A stretch of DNA of 64,000 bases from Mayamaea pseudoterrestris (Eukaryota): positions 186,001 through 250,000 of the forward strand of contig BROI01000029.1 in assembly GCA_027923505.1 (NCBI GenBank), written 5' to 3'. The notes beneath the pieces were generated by a model. The model had not been told where the DNA came from, ran no database searches, and saw nothing but the letters and a program-made list of their open reading frames with translations. Shown piece by piece: positions 23,700-34,938 of the stretch; the stretch's first letter is position 1, and every line of letters begins with the position of its first letter. Both the position numbers and the translations under genes were made by a program.

Positions 23700-24258
23700 G
23701 ATGGATAAGAGCGCTTCGAATGAGTAATTAATGAGTGCGCGGTAGAGGTGATTGGGCTAACGACACGGAAAATCCAAGAAGTGGGAAGGATTGCGAGGCG
23801 CTGTGTTGGCACTTGGTGGAAGATCCAAGAGGAATTAGAATCCCGAAACGACGGCAGGGCGTTCGAAGATCCAGGTGATGGGAAGGGTATCGAAATGCTG
23901 CGTTGGCAGGGCAATGGTCGATCGATGGTATGATAGACGACGATGGAAGGGTCGGTGATGCAAGAAGATTCGATGATGGCTGATCAATGGAGTCACGGTG
24001 GGGCATCCATTCGAAAGGGCGCGGCGCGTGACTCAGATAACGCTGTGACACGAGAATGATCAGCTACCTGGCCATTCGCTCATCGCTTGCTTGTACCAAG
24101 TTCGTCCTATCGTAACGGCGAGCTCGTATTGTTAACTACTCCAACCTATCGACATTAAGGTTGATGATGTAATAAAGAATTATTTAACTTTAAACTAAGA
24201 GTCAACACGAATGGTATGCATATGTACAAAGTCCAACGTGCACCACCAACCCGATCAA

Positions 24259-25155
24259 TTAACATTCCTCCTGACTATGCGCCTGTCGCTCCCAAAGGTA
24301 GACGGAAACATCGTCCGTGGACATGCTTGCACTCGACTGGACAATGTCGAGGGGTGTTTGCCGCCAGTAGTTGCGCACGTTCAACGACGCGGGGTGCAGC
24401 ATGCACAAGTGTCGCACAGTGGCGAGCGACGCATGGAATCGACAGGCAATGTGAAGGCACGTGTTGCTTCGAATGTCCATGTCCATGGCAGATTGAGGTG
24501 CGAGCGAAAGCATCTTGTCAATGAGTGCAGCTTGGTGGGGCGCCTGCTTGAGGAGAATCATGAGCGAGTTTTCTTGCTGCAGGCCATCGGGTTTAAGAAG
24601 AACTGAAGGGCCACTGGCATCAATCAAGTACTCGATAATATCGGCCGAGAGATTGTTCTTGATTGCCAAGTTCAATGGAAACGTATAAGATTCCTTCACT
24701 TGCTTGACTGCTCGTGATGCTGCAACGTAGTCGTAAACTTCCTTCTCGGAGGAAATGCTGATGGCTCTGGAACAAGCTAGTGGATCAGCCATGACGAGAG
24801 TTTGGATTTGAGTAAGAGTAATGGTCGACTCGCAGCATGCATGGTGAAGAAGGTCCGTGGTCGATGGAGCTTCCGTAGGAGGTGGAGGTTCGACGACGAG
24901 TCGTGCCACGTCGAAAGCCTCAATCTTTGGTCGCTTGGAGATTGGACCATGAAGGAGGTCCGTGAGGGAGAATGACAAGACGTCTTGGATCTTGTGCTTT
25001 TTGAGAGCAGCATTGTTGGCGTCAAAGAAGGAAGTCAAGTCAAGGTCCTCCTCTGATGGAAGATCGAGGTTGAGATGATCGCCAAAGGAAGATGTGTAAT
25101 TTGGAACTAGCGGGAACAAGTCGTAAGATCCAGGTAGGCAAAGGGCGACAGTCAT
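24259..25155 (-). CDS. Ankyrin-repeat-like protein
   Basis: Degenerate ANK motifs LLHHAC, FPLNLAI, NTCLHIACR and QTPLDI. Confidence 0.7.
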   Translation of the reverse strand: MTVALCLPGSYDLFPLVPNYTSSFGDHLNLDLPSEEDLDLTSFFDANNAALKKHKIQDVLSFSLTDLLHGPISKRPKIEAFDVARLVVEPPPPTEAPSTTDLLHHACCESTITLTQIQTLVMADPLACSRAISISSEKEVYDYVAASRAVKQVKESYTFPLNLAIKNNLSADIIEYLIDASGPSVLLKPDGLQQENSLMILLKQAPHQAALIDKMLSLAPQSAMDMDIRSNTCLHIACRFHASLATVRHLCMLHPASLNVRNYWRQTPLDIVQSSASMSTDDVSVYLWERQAHSQEEC

Positions 25156-25985
25156 TGTGGTAGATGATGTGAGTATTGAAGCGAAGTCTTGATAAAGAGG
25201 GCGAAGCCTTGGATGTGGGATGTGTGAGTCGAATTGTTTGCGTTTTGTGAGCTGGACGCATCGGAGAGGCTCATGATGTTTGCTGATCCAAGATGTGCCG
25301 AGGATCCGAGGTCCGTGATCAAAACCGCCTTCGCCACGCCGAACAACGGTTCCGCGGAGAAGGTCAGATGCGGCGAATCATGACGCCATGTGTGTAAATG
25401 TGACGCAACGTTTTATTGAACAAGATTTCTAATTCAAGCAGCTGGCGACAGCTTCGATTGTAGAATTCTTTACTCGTTGCCGACCATTCGACGGCACTTC
25501 GGCATCACGACTGGACAAAGAACATGTTCATTGGGGATCACTGGTCGTCTATTGGCTTGAACCTACTCGCTGTATGTTCGTTCGATATCAATGGTAAGGC
25601 AAGACAAATCCAATTGGCTAGTTTTGAGGACAGGACATCACCGTTGTGTCGGTGGCAAAACGAGGAGGGCTATAGATTTTATTCCTTGACGCCTGATGGA
25701 GCCCCAAATGATGCCAGACGTTCAACTGCCAAGGGAAGCGAACGGGAACCCTGGCAAGAGTAATTCATACGGTGTGAGATCAGTACGTAGCTAAGTGGAG
25801 TACACTTCTGTAGTCTGCAATGCGGCCGGGACGATGCTAATCAAACATAACAAGCCTGCAGACGTCAAACGAGAAGTGCATCCTTTCTTACATGATCAAC
25901 GCAGAGTTTCGCCGAAACGTCAACTGCATACTATCATCGAATCGGGCAATCAACAAAGTTGACAAGGGCCACAGTGCACAAGAGG

Positions 25986-27218
25986 CTAATGATTTGTTGT
26001 AGCATAGATTGCCGCCCATTCATCGAATCGATTAGGATAGTATCGGATGCTTTCCAAACTTTCGTCTCGCGCCAAGAAACCCATCTGTTCAGCCACCAAC
26101 AACTGCTCGTGCGCCAAGAGAGCGGATGTACGTAGCAGGCGCGCAGCGTCCATCTCGTGCAAACCGTTCTTGGATATTTCCTGAAGCTTCTTGGCAATCT
26201 CCAAGTCGTTTACGGAATCGTTCTGCAGTACAACGAGCCCTGATGCAAATACTCGTTTGGAAAGTTCAATGCCAAGTCGCTCCAAGCAATCAACCGCCTT
26301 GACCAAATCTTCCGGTGAAATCAGGTTTGAGGCTCTCGAACGATTGAATAAACAATAGGAATCCGTTAGCGTCATGACGCCGCCAGTAGCCTTTAGCTTT
26401 GGCAGTATAAAGTCGGCCAACTGTCGAGCCAATGTTTCGTAGTAGGTGTCCATCCGACCGGCAAAATCGCTCTTTGGCAGCGCACTGGTCATGCCCATGT
26501 CTTGCAGCAAGCCGACTAGTTGAGCATTTTCATCCTTTGATGTTTCATTCTGCTTGTCCAATGTTGCAACATACTTGTGAATAATAGCCACTAGTTCTTG
26601 AGCTTCCTTAAAAAGGGTTTCCGCATCGCCGGCAAAGGCTTGGTCCGTCACCTTGGCCGCCTGCTGGTGCTTGAGCTTACTCTTGGCCATGATTGCATCA
26701 ACGCCAACCTTGTGAGCCGTCAGATTGGAAGATCGCTTTTTGCTTTGCTCAAGTTGCTCCTCCACCTGCCACACTTGTCGTTTGAGTGCCTTGGTAATAT
26801 GTTGGAGAACATCGTCGCGCACGGATGCATTCGAAAAGACGAGTAACAAGTCGCCCGAATACGTATTCAGTAGTATTTTGGGACTTTTCAGAAAGGAAGT
26901 TTCGGGCGACGCTTGCATTAGATGCGAAAGATGAAGGAAACGCGCTTGTCGATCTCGCTGCTCCACCTTCCATAGTACTATGCGATGCGTTGTCACTTCT
27001 AGCGTCAAATTCGTGCATCGACCAACCCATTTCTTGCCTGACACCGAGTCCGAGAGTCCCTCTGATGTAATGGGTACCATGGGATCCTCCATGGCACTTC
27101 GAAGTTCCACATTAGATCGCTGAATGATTTCGACTTCGGATGCTTCCTTCTGCAGCAAGCCAGCCGATGTTTGAGAGGCGACGGATAGACATTCAAATGG
27201 GCTCCATTGTTGAGACAT
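25986..27218 (-). CDS. VPS36: ESCRT-II subunit VPS36/EAP45
   Basis: GLUE-like N-terminus (VTTHRIVLW, SPKILL), VGVDAI, YYETLARQLADF, GGVMTLTD.YCLFNRSR..LISPED and RDESLESIRYYPNRF. Confidence 0.92.
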   Translation of the reverse strand: MSQQWSPFECLSVASQTSAGLLQKEASEVEIIQRSNVELRSAMEDPMVPITSEGLSDSVSGKKWVGRCTNLTLEVTTHRIVLWKVEQRDRQARFLHLSHLMQASPETSFLKSPKILLNTYSGDLLLVFSNASVRDDVLQHITKALKRQVWQVEEQLEQSKKRSSNLTAHKVGVDAIMAKSKLKHQQAAKVTDQAFAGDAETLFKEAQELVAIIHKYVATLDKQNETSKDENAQLVGLLQDMGMTSALPKSDFAGRMDTYYETLARQLADFILPKLKATGGVMTLTDSYCLFNRSRASNLISPEDLVKAVDCLERLGIELSKRVFASGLVVLQNDSVNDLEIAKKLQEISKNGLHEMDAARLLRTSALLAHEQLLVAEQMGFLARDESLESIRYYPNRFDEWAAIYATTNH

Positions 27219-27793
27219 GATTTTTGGAGAGTCTCTAGTAGGTTTGACGGTGCGCGAGGCGTAAACTGCAAACGTGTGCTCGCAGGGTTGTGGGTTTTGA
27301 GCGCCATGGTCGCAAGTCCGTCGCGTGTGACGTCATCATATATCCTTCCGTTACTCATCTAGCTACCAGTACTGTTGCTTTGTACCGGTTGATGGTTACT
27401 GGAGTACAGCACCAACTGAACTTCAGCCTCACAGTTGGAAGATCCGTGAGCCCTATGTATATACCACCGTCGTAGACCATAAGCGAACTCGTGTGACATG
27501 TGTCAATTGACTCCGATGGCGGGAGGATTGCGTATGTGGATGCAACTAATTCCATTATAGTGCGTGAGAATCGAGAGAGTGCTGGCAGACGTCAGGTTGC
27601 CAATCCCTTTAAATGGTAAGTCATATTTATACTATCGAAAGCAGGTTTGCAATGATACGCTAATCAGATTAAGCTATGCCGTATGCCAGCCGGTGCCTAC
27701 ACGTATTGTCGCCATCTTTTGTAGCAACGCCTTTATTTTCAGAGTGCTTTGTTTGCGAGCACGGTCTTGTGCATGTCGTCCAATTCAAAGATA

Positions 27794-28321
27794 TCAACAA
27801 GGCTGGGCTCGTCGACGAAGGTTGGGAAGGGTTGGAGCAACGTCGCTTGAAGCTCCGCCAATTCGCGATGGAAGCTTGGGCATTGCCTTGGAAGTGTCCT
27901 GGTCCACGTGCGCGGTCCATGTCGGTCGACTTTGTTTAGGCATATCATACCGCTTTTTCAACGGAGAAATCAAGATCTCTGCGTTCCACCGACAGTCCCT
28001 GCTGGCCATGACGGTGGTGGGCGAGTCGTACTCGTTGAGCAAACTTTCATTGACAGGCATCTTGCGATCAAATTCGACCGTGGTGTGACAGCTCCCAAAG
28101 GACAACCGTCGCATTTGCCGCTGTGGCCGCCTTTGCTCCTCGCCAGAATCATAGTTTGAGACCACCGTGTGACAAGACGACGAAAGTTCTTTGTTCCTTG
28201 AGACTCGTGTGGCGTATTCATTGGCCTCTGGCTCTGGGTCCACCAAATGGAAATGTTGGAAGTAGTCGCTGCTGCAGCTGCAGTCCGACGAGGTAAATGG
28301 TTTCATGGTCGCTCGATCCAT
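27794..28321 (-). CDS. Hypothetical protein (diatom orphan type)
   Basis: 175-aa ATG ORF with RRLSFG, SPTTV and PKLPSR-type short motifs. No known domain. Confidence 0.45.
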   Translation of the reverse strand: MDRATMKPFTSSDCSCSSDYFQHFHLVDPEPEANEYATRVSRNKELSSSCHTVVSNYDSGEEQRRPQRQMRRLSFGSCHTTVEFDRKMPVNESLLNEYDSPTTVMASRDCRWNAEILISPLKKRYDMPKQSRPTWTAHVDQDTSKAMPKLPSRIGGASSDVAPTLPNLRRRAQPC

Positions 28322-28970
28322 TGTTTAACGAGATTGTGAGGGAGTGGAATTGAGGAGAAGAAAAAAGAGTCGGCTTCTCCTTGATGTCCAGCGTCCGCGA
28401 CGGACTGGTTAAATATGAGCTGCCTTGCGCCAGAAAATTATGGAGGCCATTGGATGAATCATTGATTTCGCCATGGGAGTTTGTTTTTGCGGCTGAAAGA
28501 ACGGGGCAGTAACCATTCGGGACTTCCATGACTAGATTTTAATTAACAACTTGTCGTGCTTCAATATCAGGAATAATCGAATCAATGACGCACTCCGGAT
28601 AAATGCAAAATTTGCGAACCTTGAAGCGAAGCCTCCTTTGGTTTCGCCGCGTTTCTGTCGTCGAAACTCCGCAGTGCTGCAGCACGGAGTAGGACCTTGG
28701 GCTACTCGTATTACTATTGTAATGCTCGACGTCTGGCCTGAAATATCTACTACCGGTACTACTAGGCACAGTCGATTAGTTTCGGACGCATGCAACATGT
28801 CTTGAGTTGGTGTATCGCTGGTCTAAATAAAATAATGCATCTCAGAATGGCTCAGGCTGCATCTTGTCAATGTGGACAGTTTAGACACACACAGTCAGGT
28901 GGATTCCGAAATAATTATAGTAAATGCAACGCTCGATGACTATAAGATGATTCGTTAGAGCAGCTAAACT

Positions 28971-30827
28971 CTACAAATCCTCTACTCCTCGTGGCCCCAT
29001 TGTCTCCTCTAGGGCAACGTCAGAGCCGCCTGTGTCGCTTTGCTGAACGGCCGCTCGAACGTACTTGGGTGTAGCAGCGATCGATACGTGGAGCTGGTGA
29101 ATCATGCGAGATACATATTCCAGCTCCTGCTGCTGCCGACGTGCCAACACAGGGTCCAATGCGTTTCTAGCTGCCTTGCCAAAATAAACCATATCGACGT
29201 CTCCTTCCTTGACAGTCTGAACTACCCACGTGCGCGACTCGGCAATCTGCTGTAAAACGTGTGTGACTTGGTCCGGTGATCCGTGGACTTGATCCGACAA
29301 TTCCTTCAAAGAAATGCTCGAGTAGATGCGAGCCCTGTCCAAGATGAGTCGGCGCATCCAAAACTCCTTCTGAAGGCACGAAGCAAGCTTGAGATTACCA
29401 TCATGCGCAAAATCTGCCTGGTTTTTTCGCGTCGCCTCCATTGCGACTTCGTCCACTTGCTCAAAAGCTCGCGCTAACGCCATGTATGTTCGACAACGAT
29501 ACGAGTCTTCGGCAGGCACACCGAAGTGAGCTGCTGCGCTTCCTCCCCGGGAAATACCAGCAGCCCCATACGCAATGGCAGCCCCGTCGCCTACTTGCGC
29601 TGCTGCTATAGCAGGTTCTGCAACAGCCTCGTTAGGAATATCTTCCACTGGCATCATGTCCAAGTCTGGCTGAAGGCCATCCTCGCTCGCCATGCTATAG
29701 CTGGGTGAGGCAAATGATGCAGCTGTTGCCACGGCTGACGGCTGAGCCTTCTTTCTTCCTCCAGCTTTGTTCGCCCCATCCAAAAATCGCTTCAAGTTTG
29801 CTGAGGTTTCCGACGGCAATTTCAAAAAGACTGAGCGGGTCGAGGTACTTTCTTCTTGCTTTTCGAACACGTGGACATTCATCAAGCACTGCAAAAGCAC
29901 CCACTTTTTCCAGGCCGCCACGGCAATCGCAGAAACGACATTGCTATTTTTACTGCCACTCGGAATGCAAAGGCAAGTCTCAAAGCATCGCTTGGCCCAA
30001 TCATATTCGTGCAGCTGCAAATGAAGCGATCCGCGCAAATAGTAGTATCGTAAAACATCTTTGACCACCATGCCGTTGGATGAATCTGGTCGTGGCCACC
30101 ATATAAAATTAGAGCCATCATTATTGGTATCGTTGCTATCGTTCCAGATTGTATTTGCGTCGTGCGCAAGCCGCCCTAACTCCGCACGGCACGCTTCATA
30201 GGCGCGTCCAACGACGCAGGCATGCACGTATTCCACGTGAGCAAGCGTCAAGACATGAACAGTTGGAAGTGCATACAAATTGTTTCCATCACCTACGCCG
30301 GCCATGGTGAAAAAGTCGGTTGGTTTCTGTTGCGTTAATTCGTACGATTGCAATGCGGCAAGGACATTGAGAATGCCAGACTCTGTAATGGCAGATGGAT
30401 GGGACCGACAGGCAGTGACTGCATTCCCAATTCCATGTAGAAGTTCTTTATATTCGCCTTTTAAGGTAGATGTAGTTAAACTTGTTGTCGCTGAGCTGCC
30501 TGAGGCAAAATTATCGTCGGAAACAGACGAATTAGCTTGATCTGAATAATTATGCAATTGGTTTGTAGGAATATTTCCAATGAATCCTCCAGCAGCCGAG
30601 ACGGCGCCCGCGACGGCAGAAGCTGAATCTCCTCCACTACTGGATTTATTGTTGACATCCAACTCTGCCAACAGCTGGTGGGCCGCTGCCCGTAGATAGA
30701 GCTCGGCGATTTCTGGAGTCGCCGTCGCCATGGAGGTTGCAACGGATCCACTCAAATGGGTGAAATTGCGTCGGGACGGAGCGCCGGAGCTAAATCCTCG
30801 TAGAATAGCTTCATTAGTGATTGACAT
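28971..30827 (-). CDS. CSN3: COP9 signalosome subunit 3-like PCI-domain protein
   Basis: Motifs VLRYYYLRG, VSAIAVAAWKKWVLL, F.HDGNLKLA..L and IYSSISLKEL match the CSN3 PCI pattern. Confidence 0.75.
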   Translation of the reverse strand: MSITNEAILRGFSSGAPSRRNFTHLSGSVATSMATATPEIAELYLRAAAHQLLAELDVNNKSSSGGDSASAVAGAVSAAGGFIGNIPTNQLHNYSDQANSSVSDDNFASGSSATTSLTTSTLKGEYKELLHGIGNAVTACRSHPSAITESGILNVLAALQSYELTQQKPTDFFTMAGVGDGNNLYALPTVHVLTLAHVEYVHACVVGRAYEACRAELGRLAHDANTIWNDSNDTNNDGSNFIWWPRPDSSNGMVVKDVLRYYYLRGSLHLQLHEYDWAKRCFETCLCIPSGSKNSNVVSAIAVAAWKKWVLLQCLMNVHVFEKQEESTSTRSVFLKLPSETSANLKRFLDGANKAGGRKKAQPSAVATAASFASPSYSMASEDGLQPDLDMMPVEDIPNEAVAEPAIAAAQVGDGAAIAYGAAGISRGGSAAAHFGVPAEDSYRCRTYMALARAFEQVDEVAMEATRKNQADFAHDGNLKLASCLQKEFWMRRLILDRARIYSSISLKELSDQVHGSPDQVTHVLQQIAESRTWVVQTVKEGDVDMVYFGKAARNALDPVLARRQQQELEYVSRMIHQLHVSIAATPKYVRAAVQQSDTGGSDVALEETMGPRGVEDL

Positions 30828-31236
30828 GGTAAATTAGATGCAGATGGAGAGTGGCAAATAGTATACAAGGGAACGAACCGCGCTGCTCGCATCGTTCTTT
30901 CTCTTCATGGCGAAGATCCTTCTGCGGTCCGCGAAAGCGCGGCGTCGTTAACCGGTAAGACACGGTCTACCAGTACCGCACTAACAAGCGACGATGGAGA
31001 TGGCAGCGTATCGGTTTGCAGTCAGCTTTAAAACCTACCGGGAGTCCAACTCCCATGTTTTTGTTTATTTGCCATTACTGTATTAGCTAATCATGAGTAT
31101 TATAGTCAGCGCTTTGCGCGAAAATAGATAGCTGTGACAAAAGCCAGCAAGGCACCAAACAATGTATAATAATGAACGTCCGCGATACTGTAAAGCTAAA
31201 TCCATTGTTTAGCCGTAGACGTCATAGTAAGTAGAC

Positions 31237-32620
31237 TCATTGGTTGTCATCGCCGTACAGCTTGTCACGAGCGCTCTTGCACTCGCCTCCAAGGAGTTCC
31301 ATGCATTCGCTCCAAAGCGGCTGTGGGTAAACGAAGGTCAGCTTGACAGTTAGCGTCAAGATCACGCGCCATTCCATGCATATACCCAAAGACCATACGT
31401 ACCTTGGCTCGCTGCGTCCCCATTCGATCCCGCGACTTGAACAACACTTCCTTGGAGACGCTGGCCGTGTACCAAGTTCCATTCTCGATCTCTTTCTGCA
31501 GATCAGTCGACTTCCAAACAGTCGACTGAACGAAAAATTTGAAGTCGAATCCTGTCAAGACGCGCTCTTTAGTCGTGCTAGTTGTATCTGACATTGCCTC
31601 TTGTGCCTGCGCTGGATCCCCGCCCCAGTACAAGCCGTCACTAGTCAATGGCTTGGCTCCAACGACGGTAGAGCACTGATGCAGCATGACCAAGCCCATG
31701 CTGTCATTCTCAACGCCACCAAACCAGAGTGGCTGCACGCAAAACTTTTCAAGCAGCGGAGTGGAAGCTTCGCCGCCAATAGCCGATGGTTGCTCCAAGT
31801 CGCCAAGTAGATAACCGGTTCGTCGATTCAGCAGGACGGCCCGAACCAGGTTCGATGTTGCATCTACTTGCACAATGAGCAACACTGGCAGTAGGTCGGC
31901 CCGACGATCCGGTCCTAGTTCAGCTGGCGGGGGAAGGGTCAAGCCAAATTTGCTCAGCAGGGATGGTGATGGTGGTGTCTTGCTAAATTCGGTGCAAAAG
32001 CGATTTGGATTGGCAAGCAGAACAGCTCCTTCCTTAATTTCGTCTATAGGCTTTGCCCAATCGTTTACTTGCTGGTTCTGGCGAGTGACAAAACTAAGTA
32101 GCTCGTCCACGGCAGCTGATGCATCCGTATCTGATGCCGATGGTTCAATTGTTGCGGACGGGGCGCTATCGAACGTGCTTGACATGCGATTGCGGAAATT
32201 GGCTATTGCAGCGTCATCAATCGTGTCAAATGAGTAGTCCTCGTCGTCCTCATCTTCTTCCTCTTCTTCTTCGTCGTCACCGTCCTCGTCGTCCTTGTTG
32301 ACATCATTCTTGTCCTTGTCGTCGTCGTCATCATTCTTGTCGAAATCATCGAAATCGTTGTAGAATATTGATGACTTGAGCTGAAAACACGGCTGTGGCA
32401 AATAAGAAGGTACTTGATGTTGTATTCTTCCATCTTTAAACACTATTTGACGCCTTTGATTTATAATGGCAAAAGCTTGGGCTGTCGATGCAACAGTCGC
32501 AATCATAGCGAGTCGAAGCGTCAAAAATCGTGCGCCAGCGATCCTCTCACTCTCTCCATTCAACATTATGGGCATGCTTGGTAGCAATTCTATGTTCCAG
32601 CTTCCTTCCGACAACGACAA
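31237..32620 (-). CDS. DUF179/AlgH (UPF0301)-like protein, probably plastid-targeted (intron 31402-31321; true start may be a downstream ATG)
   Basis: Motifs GAVLLA, AVLLNRRTG, PLWFGG, GLYWGG, FKFF..TVW...L.KEI..G.W and the spliced tail KPLWSECMELLGG; AQAF-type presequence motif. Confidence 0.75.
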
Positions 32621-32995
32621 GTTTGATCAAAGAGGTGATGGGCACGGAAAATGAATGAATGATGCAAGGCGGGTCATCGTACCGGTACTGGTAGGTACGG
32701 TAGTTGAGAGTTCGTTCGAACAACCAACGTGGTTGCGCGTCCATGAAGGATCTCCGTTGCAGGATGAATGTAACTGAACGGTTTCCAAAGCTGGACTGGC
32801 GCGTAAATTACTTAGCCGTCCGGTACTCGATGTGACACACACGACGCGTGGATGATTCGTGCGACCTTTTTTCGGCCACCACGCTTTTTCGCGCACTTCA
32901 AACCAGGACCATCATTATCATTGCGTCCGGATTACAAGCATTTTGCTCATTCATTTGGATTCTACATCGACATACATATTCAATAATACAAAATA

Positions 32996-34471
32996 ATGAA
33001 GTCTCCTTCAGCAAATTCAACTCTTGCTGCCATACTAGTCGTCGCCATGGTTGGCGCCGCGGCGACGGTCTTTCTCACCTCGAATTCATCCTCACAAAGT
33101 CCAAGCATGACGACGACGACGGCCGTTCATCCAGTTGCCTCATCCTCCATCACTCAGCTACGCTCTCTCCAGTACCGCACCTACTGCGGCTGCACCGAGT
33201 GTGACACTGACGTTTGGAACACGCAGGCGCCAGTCGGCGCGGGTCAAGACTTTACGTGCGGCAAGCGCATGAAGTTTCTGCAGGCGACACTTTCCAACAT
33301 TGACGCCTGTCGAGAAGTGGCAGTCAACCATCCGGACGAGTGCGGCGTTTGCAATCCGGACGTTTGCTACATGGGTGGAGCAGACGATGATGCGGATGAT
33401 AGTAGTGCCATTGAAACGACAGAGGCGCCGACGAGTGGAAAAAGTGAACAGACGTCATCGCCAACGAATGGGAAAAGTGAAACGACTTTGTCGCCGACGA
33501 GCGGAAGGAGTGAATCAACATCTGCTCCTACCAGCAGTCCTGGTTTGCTTGTCTTTATGGGTCAATCGGGCCTTCCAGTGGAAGCGTTTCCTTTGGGCAA
33601 GTGTCAAGGTGACTGCGATTCCGATGCCGACTGCGCGGACGGGCTCTATTGCTATCCACACAATGCGGGTGAATTGATTCCTGGATGCACTGGTAATGTC
33701 GACTCGGACGTGGACTACTGCGTGGACTTGGCCGAAGTGTTTGGAGAAGGAACGACTGCTCCAACGACTGGTCGATCTGCGGATGACGATGATACAACGG
33801 CGGCGGCGACGGATGACGGCGATGATGCCCCAACTGATGATGGAACCGACGATGCTCCTACTGATGACGGAACTGACGATGCCCCTACTGATGATGGCAC
33901 TGACGATGGGACTGACGACACTCCAACCGATGATGGCACGGACGACGACAGTAGCAACAATGACGACACCACACCAGTCGGCAGCGGTGACACATTCAAA
34001 CTCAAAATTTACTGGCAGAAAGGTTACGAATGGCAGAATGAAGTCATCGAACGCAAATGGTGCCTTCGTTGCTCGAGTAGCGATGTCGCTTGCGACGCTG
34101 GCCGACGCGTCTACATTACAAACTGTGATAACGACGAGTTCATGACGGAATGGGAAGTCTCGTACTTGGATGGTGACTCTGGTGCCTTTTTGATGAAGGA
34201 CTCCAACTCGGACAACTGCTTGACCATTCCAGATGACACGCAAGAACCACTCATTGTTGATACATGCGACAATGGCAACATTCAGCAGCAATTCTTTGCT
34301 CAAAATGGCGACGCCGCATGGGGCGACAAGTTCGAGCTACAGTCGGCCTGGATTCCAATTGGATGCCTTGGCGTCACGCACCACCCGCGCGATCGCGAAA
34401 CCATTTACATCTGGGAGTGCCAACAAACGCGCACATGGACGACGGGGCTGTGGAACTTTTACGAGAGCTAG
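32996..34471 (+). CDS. Secreted or membrane-anchored Cys-rich protein with mucin-like T/D/P repeats and a C-terminal ricin-B-like lectin domain
   Basis: N-terminal hydrophobic segment, YCGC..C module, LGKCQGDCDSDADC module, PTDDGTDDA repeats, and C-terminal CL...C....QQQF / CLGVTHHP..ETIY..C beta-trefoil-like pattern. Confidence 0.75.
   Translation: MKSPSANSTLAAILVVAMVGAAATVFLTSNSSSQSPSMTTTTAVHPVASSSITQLRSLQYRTYCGCTECDTDVWNTQAPVGAGQDFTCGKRMKFLQATLSNIDACREVAVNHPDECGVCNPDVCYMGGADDDADDSSAIETTEAPTSGKSEQTSSPTNGKSETTLSPTSGRSESTSAPTSSPGLLVFMGQSGLPVEAFPLGKCQGDCDSDADCADGLYCYPHNAGELIPGCTGNVDSDVDYCVDLAEVFGEGTTAPTTGRSADDDDTTAAATDDGDDAPTDDGTDDAPTDDGTDDAPTDDGTDDGTDDTPTDDGTDDDSSNNDDTTPVGSGDTFKLKIYWQKGYEWQNEVIERKWCLRCSSSDVACDAGRRVYITNCDNDEFMTEWEVSYLDGDSGAFLMKDSNSDNCLTIPDDTQEPLIVDTCDNGNIQQQFFAQNGDAAWGDKFELQSAWIPIGCLGVTHHPRDRETIYIWECQQTRTWTTGLWNFYES
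33811..33946 (+). repeat. Coding 27-bp tandem repeat (PTDDGTDDA, about 4-5 copies)
   Basis: In-frame 9-codon repeats with synonymous variation. Confidence 0.85.
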
Positions 34472-34938
34472 TCAAGTGCAGTGAACAAGTATATGCTGCT
34501 GCGCATATAGCAAGGGGGTAATGAAAAATGTGAGCAATGCGATGCAACAATTGGCGTGCCACAGACAGTGCATTTAGATTAATATTTTAGCTACCGGCAA
34601 AGTACCGTGCTTTTAGTATGATTTAATCTTACTGTACCATGTCAACTTCAAAGGTTTCTGTGATATATCCTTTCCTACAATCAGTTTGCATTTCGTGTTT
34701 CATCTAAGCTCGCGTCAGGACAAACTATAATCCATGGCAGGCAAGGCAAGCTAGATTGTGTTGGGTCTTGGTTTGTCTGGCATGTGCTCGTCTTATTGCT
34801 TCCGGCTCTTTGGGTGACGAGAATTTTCTCCTGAGGAGGCTGGCCGCCTGGCCTTGCATTAACAGTTGCCACAGGAAGACATGTTGAATGTCGACGCCCT
34901 TTTTCAAGAGGTGATTCTTTTTTAAGAGTAGCGACACA

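Noticed and set aside
28667..28691. GC-rich hairpin ACTCCG..GTGCTGCAGCAC.GGAGT as a Helitron 3' end or ncRNA
   Set aside because: No CTRR terminus at the expected distance and no other supporting structure.
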